From Deltaproteobacteria bacterium (GTDB lineage Bacteria; Desulfobacterota; Deferrimicrobia; Deferrimicrobiales; Deferrimicrobiaceae), in contig JBLNEW010000068.1 in NCBI GenBank assembly GCA_050263095.1, positions 14,570 through 78,569 of the forward strand: 64,000 nt of DNA, given 5' to 3'. Shown one piece after another: positions 11,722 to 20,678 of this stretch. The stretch's first letter is position 1. The number at the start of each line of letters is the position of its first letter. Position numbers and translations under genes: made by a program. Below the pieces are notes generated by a model. That model ran no database searches. It was not told where the DNA came from and worked only from the letters and a program-made list of their open reading frames with translations.

Positions 11722-13740
11722 ATGAAAGTCATCGGCCGCGAAATACTGTGGAATCTCCCCCCCCCGACGGCGACCATCATGTACGCCTTGTTCGGGGCGG
11801 TCGTCGTTGTTTTCGCGTGGGGAACGTATAAGAGGATCTGCGCCTGGCGGCGGGGGAGCGCGGAAAAGGAAAACCGCCTGGGCGACCTCTGGGGACGCAC
11901 TGTCGACGCCCTCAGGATCGGGCTCGGCCAGCAGAAGGTCGTCGAACGTAAACTCGGCGGGTTGATGCACCTCGCCATCTACTCGGGATTCATCGTCCTG
12001 TTCATCGCCACCTGCCTCGTGGCGCTCGAATTCGACCTGGGCGTACAAATCCTTGACGGCGATTTCTACATTGTGTTCAAGCTGTTCGTCGATACCTTCG
12101 GACTTCTGCTCATCGTCGGCATACTCGTCGCCATAGTCCGCCGGTACCTTTTCCGGCCCGACGGGCTTACCCGTGAAGGCGACGACCTTCTGCAGCTACT
12201 CCTGCTCCTGGCCATCGGGGTCACCGGCTTCCTTATCGAAGCCCTGAGGCTGGCCGCGACAAACCCCGCCGCCGCCCGCGCATCCTACGTCGCCAACGCC
12301 ATCGCGCCGTATTTCGCCCAGGTCCGGATAGGAGAGCTCCTGTCGGCGCACCGGGCGCTATGGTGGACGCACCTGCTGCTCGCGTTCGGATTCCTCGCCG
12401 CCATCCCGATGAACAAGATGCTCCACCTGGCGGCGGGCCCTGTGAACATTTTCCTGCGGACATCGCGTCCGAAGGGAGCGCTCCAGCCGATCCCGGGAAT
12501 CGAGGACGAGGAGAAGATCGGCGTCGCGGACGTGGAGGACTTCTCCTGGAAGCAGCTCCTGTCGTCCGACGCATGCACGAAATGCGGGAGATGCCAGGAT
12601 GAATGTCCTGCCTACGCCGCGGAGATGCCGTTGTCTCCAAGGGACGTGGTCCTCAAGACCCGCGACCAGATGAGCAGGGAAATCTTCTGGAGCCTCGTAC
12701 CGTCCGCTGCCGAAATCGACAAGAAAACGGGCCTGCCGGTCGTGCGGGATTTCGCGTTCGGAGTCCTTTCTCCCGACGAGATCTGGTCGTGCACCACCTG
12801 CCGGGCCTGCATGCAGTCGTGCCCTGTGCTTATCGAGCACATAGACATGATCGTGGATGTCCGGCGCGGCTACGTCGCGCGCTCCAGGATCCCCGACGGG
12901 GCACGCACCGCGCTGAAAAAGATGGGCGACACCGGCAATCCGTGGGGGCTCCCCCAGGACGACCGGGCCCAATGGACCGCGGGGCTCGACGTCCCGTTGG
13001 CTGCGGACAAGAAGGAATTCGAGTACCTGTACTGGCCTGGATGCGCCGGGGCGTACGATCCCCGCAACCAGAAGGTCACAAGGACGGTCGCTTCGCTGCT
13101 CTCCCGCGCCGGCGTCGACTACGCGATCCTGGGACTCGAGGAGACCTGCTGCGGCGCCTTCGCGCGGCCGATGGGCGAGGAGGGGCTGTTCCAGCTGGGC
13201 ATGGTGGAGACCGTCAAGGAAATCTTCTCCTCGTACAACGTCAAGAAGGTGATCACGCAGTGCCCTCACTGCTTCAACTCGTTCAGGAACGAATATCCGC
13301 AGTTCGGGGTGAACGTGGAGGTTATCCATCATTCCGTGCTGCTACGCGACCTCGTGGCGCAGGGCAGGCTCGCCCCGTCGAAACAGGTCAACCTGCTGGT
13401 GGCATTTCACGACTCCTGCTACCTGGGCAGGCACAACGACTTCTACGACGCCCCCCGGGAGGCATTGGCGGCGGTTCCAGGCATCACCATCAACGAGATG
13501 GAAAAGAACCGCGAGCGCGGATTCTGCTGCGGCGCCGGGGGAGGCGGGATGTGGCTCGAGCTTCCCGGGAAACGCATCAACCACCTCCGCTTCGACCAGG
13601 CGATGCGCACCGGCGCCAACGCCATAGGGTCGGCCTGCCCATACTGCCTCATCATGTTCGACGATGCGGTCAAGTTCAACAACATGGACGAGTCGGTTCA
13701 GACGAAGGACATCTCGGAAATCATCGCCGAATCGCTTTAA
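11722..13740 (+). CDS. membrane-bound heterodisulfide-reductase-like protein (N-terminal multi-TM NarI/HdrE-like domain fused to HdrD-like Fe-S/CCG domains)
   Basis: 672 aa. About 5-6 N-terminal hydrophobic helices, then two CxxCxxCxxxCP ferredoxin motifs (CTKCGRCQDECP; CTTCRACMQSCP) and two CCG domains (CCGAF; CCGAGGGG). Confidence 0.8.
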   Translation: MKVIGREILWNLPPPTATIMYALFGAVVVVFAWGTYKRICAWRRGSAEKENRLGDLWGRTVDALRIGLGQQKVVERKLGGLMHLAIYSGFIVLFIATCLVALEFDLGVQILDGDFYIVFKLFVDTFGLLLIVGILVAIVRRYLFRPDGLTREGDDLLQLLLLLAIGVTGFLIEALRLAATNPAAARASYVANAIAPYFAQVRIGELLSAHRALWWTHLLLAFGFLAAIPMNKMLHLAAGPVNIFLRTSRPKGALQPIPGIEDEEKIGVADVEDFSWKQLLSSDACTKCGRCQDECPAYAAEMPLSPRDVVLKTRDQMSREIFWSLVPSAAEIDKKTGLPVVRDFAFGVLSPDEIWSCTTCRACMQSCPVLIEHIDMIVDVRRGYVARSRIPDGARTALKKMGDTGNPWGLPQDDRAQWTAGLDVPLAADKKEFEYLYWPGCAGAYDPRNQKVTRTVASLLSRAGVDYAILGLEETCCGAFARPMGEEGLFQLGMVETVKEIFSSYNVKKVITQCPHCFNSFRNEYPQFGVNVEVIHHSVLLRDLVAQGRLAPSKQVNLLVAFHDSCYLGRHNDFYDAPREALAAVPGITINEMEKNRERGFCCGAGGGGMWLELPGKRINHLRFDQAMRTGANAIGSACPYCLIMFDDAVKFNNMDESVQTKDISEIIAESL

Positions 13741-13833
13741 CCGGAAATTCAGTTTAAACAACTTTTATTTTATATATACCATAATACTTTTTTTGTTAAC
13801 ATTTTAACTTGCATTAAGACAATTATTGTTGTA
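13741..13833 (+). promoter_or_regulatory. AT-rich intergenic block, probable promoter region of the HTH-ARH gene
   Basis: About 90 nt of strongly AT-rich sequence (ttttattttatatataccataatactttttttgttaacattttaacttgcattaagac) inside otherwise high-GC DNA, immediately 5' of the gene. Confidence 0.3.
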
Positions 13834-13878
13834 TTGATTTTAAAGGAACGTGACCCTCGACGGGGCAAGGATCCACTC

Positions 13879-15555
13879 ATGGGTGAAGTGCCGGAATATA
13901 TTCTATCGAAAATACTTAAGAAACGAATCGAGTCTCTAGGATACTCGTCCCTGAAGAAATTCTATTCCGACCGCAGGGAGCTTGGATGCAGCTACGAACT
14001 GCTCCGCCAGGTAGTCTACGGCGGTAAGGTCCCCAGGAGCGAAACGCTGCTTCGGATCCTCCATGCAATGCGATTTACACCTTCCCAGACCAGGAAAATC
14101 ATGGAATCCCACTACCGCGGCTATGTCCTCCAGGACGAAATTCCTTCGCCGCCCTCACCGGAAGCCGGCGAGGGGAAAGAGCCCGATCCGGGCCAGGCCG
14201 GAGGGAACGAGCGGGTCGGCCGTACGGAAGACGCCTCCGGCCCGAACGGCGAGCGGATGGCCGCGCTTTCCCTCCATGATCCGGCCGTTATCGAATCCTG
14301 CCTGACCCGCTCGATGCGGAAGATACCACTGCAGGGAAACGAGGATTTCTGGGAAATGCTGCGCCGGATGACGGAAATCGCGGAGCGCAAGGTCCAGGAA
14401 ATCACGCGAAGGAAGGAGGACCAGCCGCTGCTCTTCGAAAAGGAGCCCGAGGCGATCTACCACTTCCTGGTCCGAAGGGCGAAGATACCTCCCTACCTCT
14501 CGAAAGGGGAAAACGTTCAGCTGGAATTTTCCCGGGGCATCGACTACGGGGACCGATTCCGCGGCGCGCTTCTCGGCGGCGCGATCGGCGAGGCGCTTGG
14601 CAGGCCCGCCCAGGGGCTTTCCCCCCGGGACGTCCGCGAGCTATACGGGAAGATCGAGGGATACGCTCCGTTGCGCTCGCACGGAAGAAAGCCTGCCGAC
14701 TCAAACCCGCCCCCGCCCGCCTTCCTCCTGCTGGCTCGTTCGCTGGTCCGACATGGAAGGGTGGACCCGGAGGAGATCGCGGCCCTTTTCGCCGCCGCAC
14801 CGGGCCGGTCGCGCGGAGGCGCGGAGTCCGAGTTCGCGGCGAACCTGGCGGATCGCGGCTATCCCTGGTTCGAGTCCGGCGTGAACGCGCCCGACAGCGC
14901 CCCGGCCTCATGGATCGCTCCCCTGCCTCTATTGCGCGCGGCGGACTTCCGCAGGATGAAGCTGGAGGCGGGGATCGTGGCCTCCATAACGCACCCGAAC
15001 GCCGCGGCGATAGCGGGAGCGATCGCCCAGGCGACGGCCGTCGCGCGGCTGCTGCACTCGCCTTCCGGCTCCCTCGACGGGCTGGGGTTCGTCCGCGGAA
15101 TCTCCACGGCAATCACCGGAATCGAGCCGGACCGGGCCGCGCGAAGCCGGCAGGGAAGGCAATCGCCGGCCTTGTTGCGCAAACTTGGAACGGAGCTGGC
15201 CGCATTGCTGCTGCGGCGCGCCGAAATAGAGGAGATGCAGGAATCGCTGGGGAACGGAACCGCGGTCCAGGAGGGATTGCCCTTCGCGTGGGCATGTTTC
15301 CTTCGGTCGCCGGATAGTTTTCCTGAAGTCGTCCTGCCGGCGGCCAACCTCGGCAACGACGCCGAGGGGGCCGCATCCATGGCGGGGAGCCTGTGCGGCG
15401 CCTACATGGGCGCTTCCGCGATACCGGAACGATTCCTTTCCGGCCTGCCATGGAGGAAGGAACTGGAGCAGGCCGCGGACGATCTGCTGTCGCTCGCACG
15501 CCGCGATCCGGAAAAGGGCGGGGCTGTCCCCCCGGCGGCGCCTACCTCATCATGA
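13879..15555 (+). CDS. HTH (XRE-type) domain fused to ADP-ribosylglycohydrolase family domain
   Basis: N-terminus EYILSKILKKRIESLGYSSLKKFYSDRRELGCSYELLRQVVYGGKVPRSETLLRILHAMRF has an XRE-HTH pattern. C-terminal half carries ADP-ribosylglycohydrolase signatures (FRGALLGGAIGEALGRP ... NDAEGAASMAGSLCGAYMG). I chose ATG 13879 (AAGGA RBS); track TTG start 13834 is the alternative. Confidence 0.7.
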   Translation: MGEVPEYILSKILKKRIESLGYSSLKKFYSDRRELGCSYELLRQVVYGGKVPRSETLLRILHAMRFTPSQTRKIMESHYRGYVLQDEIPSPPSPEAGEGKEPDPGQAGGNERVGRTEDASGPNGERMAALSLHDPAVIESCLTRSMRKIPLQGNEDFWEMLRRMTEIAERKVQEITRRKEDQPLLFEKEPEAIYHFLVRRAKIPPYLSKGENVQLEFSRGIDYGDRFRGALLGGAIGEALGRPAQGLSPRDVRELYGKIEGYAPLRSHGRKPADSNPPPPAFLLLARSLVRHGRVDPEEIAALFAAAPGRSRGGAESEFAANLADRGYPWFESGVNAPDSAPASWIAPLPLLRAADFRRMKLEAGIVASITHPNAAAIAGAIAQATAVARLLHSPSGSLDGLGFVRGISTAITGIEPDRAARSRQGRQSPALLRKLGTELAALLLRRAEIEEMQESLGNGTAVQEGLPFAWACFLRSPDSFPEVVLPAANLGNDAEGAASMAGSLCGAYMGASAIPERFLSGLPWRKELEQAADDLLSLARRDPEKGGAVPPAAPTSS

Positions 15556-16684
15556 TTTCCTTGGCGATCACCAGGCGCTGGATCTGGCTGGTCCCTTCGT
15601 AAATCTGCAGGAGCTTCGCGTCGCGCATAAGCTTCTCCACCGGGTAATCCTTCATGTAGCCGTAGCCCCCGAAAATCTGGACCGCGTCGGTGGTCACGCG
15701 CATCGCCAGGTCAGCGGCGAACGCCTTCGCGAAGGACGACTCCTTCGTGTTGCGCCTGCCCTGGTCGATAAGCCAGGCGCTCTTGAGGGTGAGAAGACGC
15801 GCCGCCTCGATGTCCATAGCCATGTCGGCAAGCAGGAAATGTATCGCCTGGTTCATCGCGATCGGCATCCCGAACTGCACCCGCTCCTTCGAGTACTGCA
15901 TCGCGTGTTCGAAAGCGGCCCGCGCCACGCCGACCGACATCGCCGCGACCGTCGGCCTGGCGTAGTCCAGCGTCTTCATCGCGATCTTGAACCCGTCCCC
16001 CTCCTTGCCCAGCAGATTCGCCGCCGGTACGCGCACGTCCTCGAACAGCACGTCCGAGGTATCGGACGCGCGCTGCCCCATCTTGTCCTCCTTCTTGCCC
16101 GGTGAAACCCCTCCGAGCGAGCGCGGGACCACGAACGCCGACAGCCCCTTGTGCCCCTTGGAGCGGTCGGTCGAAGCGAAAACCGTGTACTGGGATGCGT
16201 AGGTCCCGTTGGTGATGAAGCATTTCCTGCCGTTCAGGATATAGCCGTCCGCGTCCTTTTTCGCGGTGGTTGCTATGCCGCCGGCGTCCGAGCCCGCCCC
16301 CGGCTCCGTGAGGCAGAACGAGGCGTACATCAGTTCCCGCGCGTAGGGGGCGACGAATTCCTTTTTCTGGTCATCCGTCCCGGCTATGAGTATCGGCGTA
16401 AGGGCGAGCCCGTTCGAGGTCATCGAAGTGGCGATGCCGGAGCAACCCCATCCCAGCTCCTCCTCGATGATGCAGGACTCCAGGGAGCCAAGCCCCAGCC
16501 CTCCGTGCGCTTCGGGGATGAATCCCGTCATAAGCCCCAGGTCGAACGCCTTCCGGAAGATCTCCTTCGGGAAAGCCCCCGTGCGGTCCGCCTCCCCGGC
16601 CTTCGGACGGATTTCGTTCGCCGCGAACTTCCGGGCCATGTCCTGGAGCGCCGTCTGCTCTTCAGTGAAATCGAAACCGATCAT
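15542..16684 (-). CDS. acyl-CoA dehydrogenase
   Basis: 380 aa. ACAD N-terminal, middle and C-terminal domain motifs (GSLESCIIEEELGWGCSG; YMKDYPVEKLMRDAKLLQIYEGTSQIQR). Confidence 0.9.
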   Translation of the reverse strand: MIGFDFTEEQTALQDMARKFAANEIRPKAGEADRTGAFPKEIFRKAFDLGLMTGFIPEAHGGLGLGSLESCIIEEELGWGCSGIATSMTSNGLALTPILIAGTDDQKKEFVAPYARELMYASFCLTEPGAGSDAGGIATTAKKDADGYILNGRKCFITNGTYASQYTVFASTDRSKGHKGLSAFVVPRSLGGVSPGKKEDKMGQRASDTSDVLFEDVRVPAANLLGKEGDGFKIAMKTLDYARPTVAAMSVGVARAAFEHAMQYSKERVQFGMPIAMNQAIHFLLADMAMDIEAARLLTLKSAWLIDQGRRNTKESSFAKAFAADLAMRVTTDAVQIFGGYGYMKDYPVEKLMRDAKLLQIYEGTSQIQRLVIAKEIMMR

Positions 16685-17310
16685 TCTCCCCCTCCCTTCG
16701 CGGGCGCCGGCACCGAAAGCCCTTCGGCGAAAATCCTGTATATTTCTTCCGCAGCCGCGGCCGGATCGTATTTGCGCTTGCGGGAAAGCACGTAGGCCAG
16801 CGAGATCTCGTCAAGCGCCCCGAAGATCGCACGTCGCGCCAGCGTGACGTTCAGCTCGCGGCGGAAGACGCCTTCCCGCTTCCCGTCCTCGAGGATGGCG
16901 CTTATGACGTCCAGGTACTCCAGGAACTTTACCGGGACATATTCCTTCATGAACTTGTTGCTCTGCCGGAGCTCCACCTGGATCACCTCGATGAGGCCCG
17001 CCTCGCGCGTAAGAAGATCCATGTGGTTCCGGATGAAGATCCTCAGCCGCGAGAGCGCCCCGTCCCCATCCGCGACGCGGGTCCGGATGTCGGCCACGAC
17101 TTCCCCCATCTTCTCCTCGAAGAGCGAGATCAGGAGATCGTCCTTGTTCTTGAAATAAAGGTAGATGGTCCCGTCCGCGACTCCCGCGAGCCTTGCGATC
17201 TCGGATATCTTCGAGTTGAAGTAGCCTTTCTGGGAAAAGATCTTTATCGCCGCCCGCAGAATCCGCTCACGCTTGGCGACCCCTCCGCCCCGCGGCCCTC
17301 GCCTGGCCAT
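16681..17310 (-). CDS. TetR/AcrR family transcriptional regulator
   Basis: 209 aa. N-terminal TetR HTH (ILRAAIKIFSQKGYFNSKISEIARLAGVADGTIYLYFKNKDDLL). Overlaps the acyl-CoA dehydrogenase start by 4 nt. Confidence 0.85.
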   Translation of the reverse strand: MARRGPRGGGVAKRERILRAAIKIFSQKGYFNSKISEIARLAGVADGTIYLYFKNKDDLLISLFEEKMGEVVADIRTRVADGDGALSRLRIFIRNHMDLLTREAGLIEVIQVELRQSNKFMKEYVPVKFLEYLDVISAILEDGKREGVFRRELNVTLARRAIFGALDEISLAYVLSRKRKYDPAAAAEEIYRIFAEGLSVPAPAKGGGE

Positions 17311-17322
17311 CGCCCCTCCTTA

Positions 17323-17385
17323 TGAATGAACAATCATTCAACAAGTGATTAACACGCGTGCACTTGACCTGTCAAGTGCGCACGC
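17323..17385 (-). promoter_or_regulatory. two palindromes plus TTGACA/-10-like hexamers upstream of tetR (putative autoregulated promoter/operator)
   Basis: TGAATGA-acaa-TCATTCA (17323-17340) sits just 5' of the tetR RBS. A second palindrome GCGTGCACTTGAC-ct-GTCAAGTGCgCACGC (17356-17385) embeds a minus-strand TTGACA (compl. 17370-17375), 17 nt from TTAATC (compl. 17347-17352). Confidence 0.3.
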
Positions 17386-17421
17386 CCGGCGCGGACGGAA
17401 AGGCGAAAAAAAGGGGGTGGA

Positions 17422-18201
17422 TTACTCCCTGAATCCCAGGCGCGTGGACAGCGCCTTGGCGCAACGGGCCACTTCCGGTCCGATCTTCTGCCCGATCTTC
17501 TCGTCGGGGAGCCGGTGGGCCGGGCCGGTGACGCTCAACGCCGCGATCACCTTCCGCGTGTAGTCGCGGACTGGCGAAGCGACGCAGCGCAATCCTTCCT
17601 CGAACTCCTCCAGGTCGGTGGCGTATCCGAGCTCGATTACCGTCGCGAGGTGTTTGAGAAGCTCCTCCGGGCTGGTGATCGTGTTCTTCGTGTACTTGTA
17701 AAGTTCCGCATGGAACCTCTTGCGGATCTCCTCTTCCGAGTCGAAAGCGACCAGCGCCTTCCCTGCCGCGGTCGCGTGGAGCGGCATGTGGAGCCCGACG
17801 CGGGAAATGACCCGCACGGTCGAGGTCGTTTCCACCGCGTCCAGGTAGACTACATCTGCGCCCCGCAGAATGGAGACGTAGCTGGTCTCGCCGGAGCTCT
17901 CGGCAAGCTCGCGCAGTATCGGCTGGGCCTGCTTCAGGAGGCCCCTCTGGTGAATGAAAGTCTGCCCCAGTTCCAGGCACTTGATCCCAAGGCGATAATT
18001 GTCGTTGGTCCTGTTCTGTTCTATGTAATTCCTTGACTGCAGCGTGGCCAGGATGCGGAATACGTTGTTTTTATGCAGTTTAAGTTTCTTGCTGAGCTCC
18101 GTGACGCCGAGTTCGTCCATCTCGCCGCGGAATTCCTCCAGCACATCGAGAGCATGTGCGACCGACTGTATGATGTAGTTGGACTTGTCCCGCCTGACCA
18201 T
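17422..18201 (-). CDS. IclR family transcriptional regulator
   Basis: I start at ATG 18201 (MVRRDKSNYIIQSVAHALDVLEEF; GGAGGA RBS 6 nt upstream). IclR HTH plus C-terminal effector domain. Confidence 0.8.
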   Translation of the reverse strand: MVRRDKSNYIIQSVAHALDVLEEFRGEMDELGVTELSKKLKLHKNNVFRILATLQSRNYIEQNRTNDNYRLGIKCLELGQTFIHQRGLLKQAQPILRELAESSGETSYVSILRGADVVYLDAVETTSTVRVISRVGLHMPLHATAAGKALVAFDSEEEIRKRFHAELYKYTKNTITSPEELLKHLATVIELGYATDLEEFEEGLRCVASPVRDYTRKVIAALSVTGPAHRLPDEKIGQKIGPEVARCAKALSTRLGFRE

Positions 18202-18413
18202 CTCGCGTCCTCCATGTAGGCTGTTGGAAAAGGGATTACAAAACAATGTTACATATATTCCATACGGGAATGGGTGTCAACAGAAAAATATAACGGCTTT
18301 ATCGCGATTGGGCTTCCGGTATACGATCCCGTAACTAGAGTCGAAATACCGAGTGTAAACCGTGTCTTTTTAAGGCATTATCGGTTGTAAAACAACCGGA
18401 AATAAAATGTGTT

Positions 18414-18971
18414 TCATTTGAATTTAGGCTTTTCCGGGGCGGTCATGCCCTTCATCCTTGAGATCTCGCTCTTCAGGGATTCCCTGTACGGATAGTTCGG
18501 AACGTTTTCCAGCAGCGCCTCCCAGGCTCGTATCCCCCCCTCCACGTCGCGTTTGTCGTGGATGAGGATTATGCCGAGGTTGTAGCGAGACTGCGCATGC
18601 CTGGGATCCATCGAAATGGCCTTTTTCAGTTCTTCAATTGCCCTGTCCGGGTCACCGGTCCTGCGGTAGCTGACTGCCATGTCCGTCCTCACGTTGACGT
18701 TACGGGGGTCGAGGGCAAGAGCCTTCCGGTAATGTTCGATTGCGAGCAGATCCTGCCGCGTATCGAAATAAAGGTTCCCGATGTTAATAAGCGCCTGCAG
18801 GTTGTTCGGGTCTTTCTTCAGTATTTCCTTGTAGTTTTCTATTTGCGAGAGGGCGTTAAGGTTTATCGTCTCCCCCTCTCCCGCGGGCTGCGGCGCCTCT
18901 TTTTTACGGCATCCCGCCGGAAACAGCATGACGAGCGCCAATGCAACCGCCAGCGCCGACTTGCGCATCAT
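18414..18971 (-). CDS. tetratricopeptide-repeat lipoprotein
   Basis: I start at ATG 18971 (GGAAGGAGG RBS). MMRKSALAVALALVMLFPAGC has signal-peptide plus lipobox features. TPR motifs follow (ALINIGNLYFDTRQDLLAIEHYRKALALDPRN...). Confidence 0.75.
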   Translation of the reverse strand: MMRKSALAVALALVMLFPAGCRKKEAPQPAGEGETINLNALSQIENYKEILKKDPNNLQALINIGNLYFDTRQDLLAIEHYRKALALDPRNVNVRTDMAVSYRRTGDPDRAIEELKKAISMDPRHAQSRYNLGIILIHDKRDVEGGIRAWEALLENVPNYPYRESLKSEISRMKGMTAPEKPKFK

Positions 18972-18993
18972 GCAATCCTCCTTCCCTCTGATA

Positions 18994-19488
18994 TCAAACG
19001 GGCAAAACCTCCAGCGGATCCCGGCACGCGTCCAGGAGCTCCCTGACTGTCCTTCCCTCCGGCGGCACCGGCGCGCCGGCGGCAACCTCGGACGCCGGCA
19101 AAAGGCAGAACCTGCGGAACGGAAGCCCCGGGTGCGGGATGACCAGGTGCGGCTCGCTCACCGTCTTGTCGCCCATGAGCAGAATGTCGACATCCAGCTC
19201 CCGCGGCCCCCACCTTGCCGCGGACTTTCTCCCGGAGGCCGCCTCCACCTCCTTGACGAATTCCAGGAGATCGTCGGGCGGAAGGCCGCATCTCCCCCGG
19301 ACCGCCATGTTCAGGAACCAGGGCTGGCCCGCTCTTCCCCACGGTTCGCTCGCGTAGACGCGGGATACCAGCTCCACATCCACGTTCCGGGAAAGAAGCA
19401 TAAGACCATCCCGCAGCCGCCTCACCCGCCGCCCCACGTTGCTGCCGAGCAGCAGGACTACGTCCCCGGGCGATGGTCCGCCTAGAAC
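18994..19488 (-). CDS. folK: 2-amino-4-hydroxy-6-hydroxymethyldihydropteridine pyrophosphokinase (HPPK)
   Basis: Conserved LLLGSNVG N-terminal motif, ERWGPRELDVDIL and C-terminal HPPK motifs. 5' end uncertain: no canonical start codon lies just upstream of VVLLLGSNVG, so the start I give (GTT codon at 19488) is approximate. Confidence 0.65.
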   Translation of the reverse strand, partial: VLGGPSPGDVVLLLGSNVGRRVRRLRDGLMLLSRNVDVELVSRVYASEPWGRAGQPWFLNMAVRGRCGLPPDDLLEFVKEVEAASGRKSAARWGPRELDVDILLMGDKTVSEPHLVIPHPGLPFRRFCLLPASEVAAGAPVPPEGRTVRELLDACRDPLEVLPV

Positions 19489-20651
19489 CCGACCTTTTTC
19501 ATCCTTTCGATCGCTTCCCGTATCCGCGACTTCTCCTTGGTCAGGGCGATCCGGATGTACCCCTCGCCGCTCCGGCCGAAACCGTTCCCGGGAGTCGTGA
19601 CGATCCCGGTATTCGCCAGCAGGTGCTCGCAGAACGTGCCCGACGTGTATCCTTTCGGCACGGGTATCCATACGTAGAAGGTGGCCGGAGGCGTGACTGG
19701 ATCAAGGCCGAGCGCGCGCAGCCCCGGCAGCAGCACGTCCCTTCGCTCCTGGTACGTCCGCCTGATTCCGTCGGTCGCCGCCTGCCCCGCCCCAAGCGCC
19801 TCGATCGCCGCTCCCTGGATGGCCTGGAAGACGCCGCTGTCCACGTTGGTCTTGACTTTGCCCAGCCCTCCCACCAGCTCCGGATTGCCCACGGCGAATC
19901 CTATCCGCCATCCGGTCATGTTGTAGGTCTTGGAGAGGGAGTGGAACTCGATGCAACGTTTCTTCGCGCCGGGAAGCTCCAGGATGCTCATCGGCTTGAC
20001 GCCGTCGAAATATATCTCGGTATACGCCACGTCGTGGGCCACGATGAGGTCGTGCTCTTCCGCGAAGGCCAGCACCTTCCCGTAGAACTTGCGGTCGGCG
20101 ACCGCCGAGGTCGGATTGTTGGGGTAATTTATGAACAGTATTTTGGCCCTGGACAGGACGCCGGCGGGGATCCGGTCCAGCTCGGGCAGAAACCCGTTTT
20201 CCCGCTTCAGCGGCATGAAGTGGGATTTGCCCCCCGCGAACATCGTGGCGATGTGGTAAACGGGATACCCCGGGTCCGGGACCAGGACCACGTCGCCGGG
20301 GTTTACGTACGCCAGCGGGAAGTGGGCGATCCCTTCCTTTGACCCTATCAGCGCCACGACCTCCGTCGCCGGGTCGAGCGAAACCCCGAACCTTTCCCGG
20401 TACCACCCGGCGGCGGCGGCCCTGAACTGCGGAAGCCCCTCGTAGGAGGGATACTGGTGGTTCGCCGGTATCGCCGATTCACGCTTCATCCGGTCCACGA
20501 TGAACTTGGGCGTGGGGCGGTCCGGATCCCCGACGCCGAGGTCGATGATGTCGACGCCACGCGCCTTGACCTCCTGCTTCTTGCGGTCAAGCTCCGCAAA
20601 CAGGTACGGCGGCAGCGCCTGGATACGGCTGGATAGCGTGAAGCGGCTCAT
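19482..20651 (-). CDS. dapL: LL-diaminopimelate aminotransferase-type class I aminotransferase
   Basis: 389 aa PLP fold-type I aminotransferase (SLSKTYNMTGWRIGFAVGN). Sits in a dap/lys cluster that has no dapD/dapE in the window, consistent with the aminotransferase lysine route. Confidence 0.75.
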   Translation of the reverse strand: MSRFTLSSRIQALPPYLFAELDRKKQEVKARGVDIIDLGVGDPDRPTPKFIVDRMKRESAIPANHQYPSYEGLPQFRAAAAGWYRERFGVSLDPATEVVALIGSKEGIAHFPLAYVNPGDVVLVPDPGYPVYHIATMFAGGKSHFMPLKRENGFLPELDRIPAGVLSRAKILFINYPNNPTSAVADRKFYGKVLAFAEEHDLIVAHDVAYTEIYFDGVKPMSILELPGAKKRCIEFHSLSKTYNMTGWRIGFAVGNPELVGGLGKVKTNVDSGVFQAIQGAAIEALGAGQAATDGIRRTYQERRDVLLPGLRALGLDPVTPPATFYVWIPVPKGYTSGTFCEHLLANTGIVTTPGNGFGRSGEGYIRIALTKEKSRIREAIERMKKVGF

Positions 20652-20678
20652 GTCTCAAGGTTCTCCGTTTCGCATGGA

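Noticed and set aside
10837-12048. 403-aa version of the alpha/beta hydrolase
   Set aside because: The N-terminal 149 residues are Arg/Gly/Asp low-complexity sequence overlapping the divergent promoter region. The start was moved to ATG 11601.
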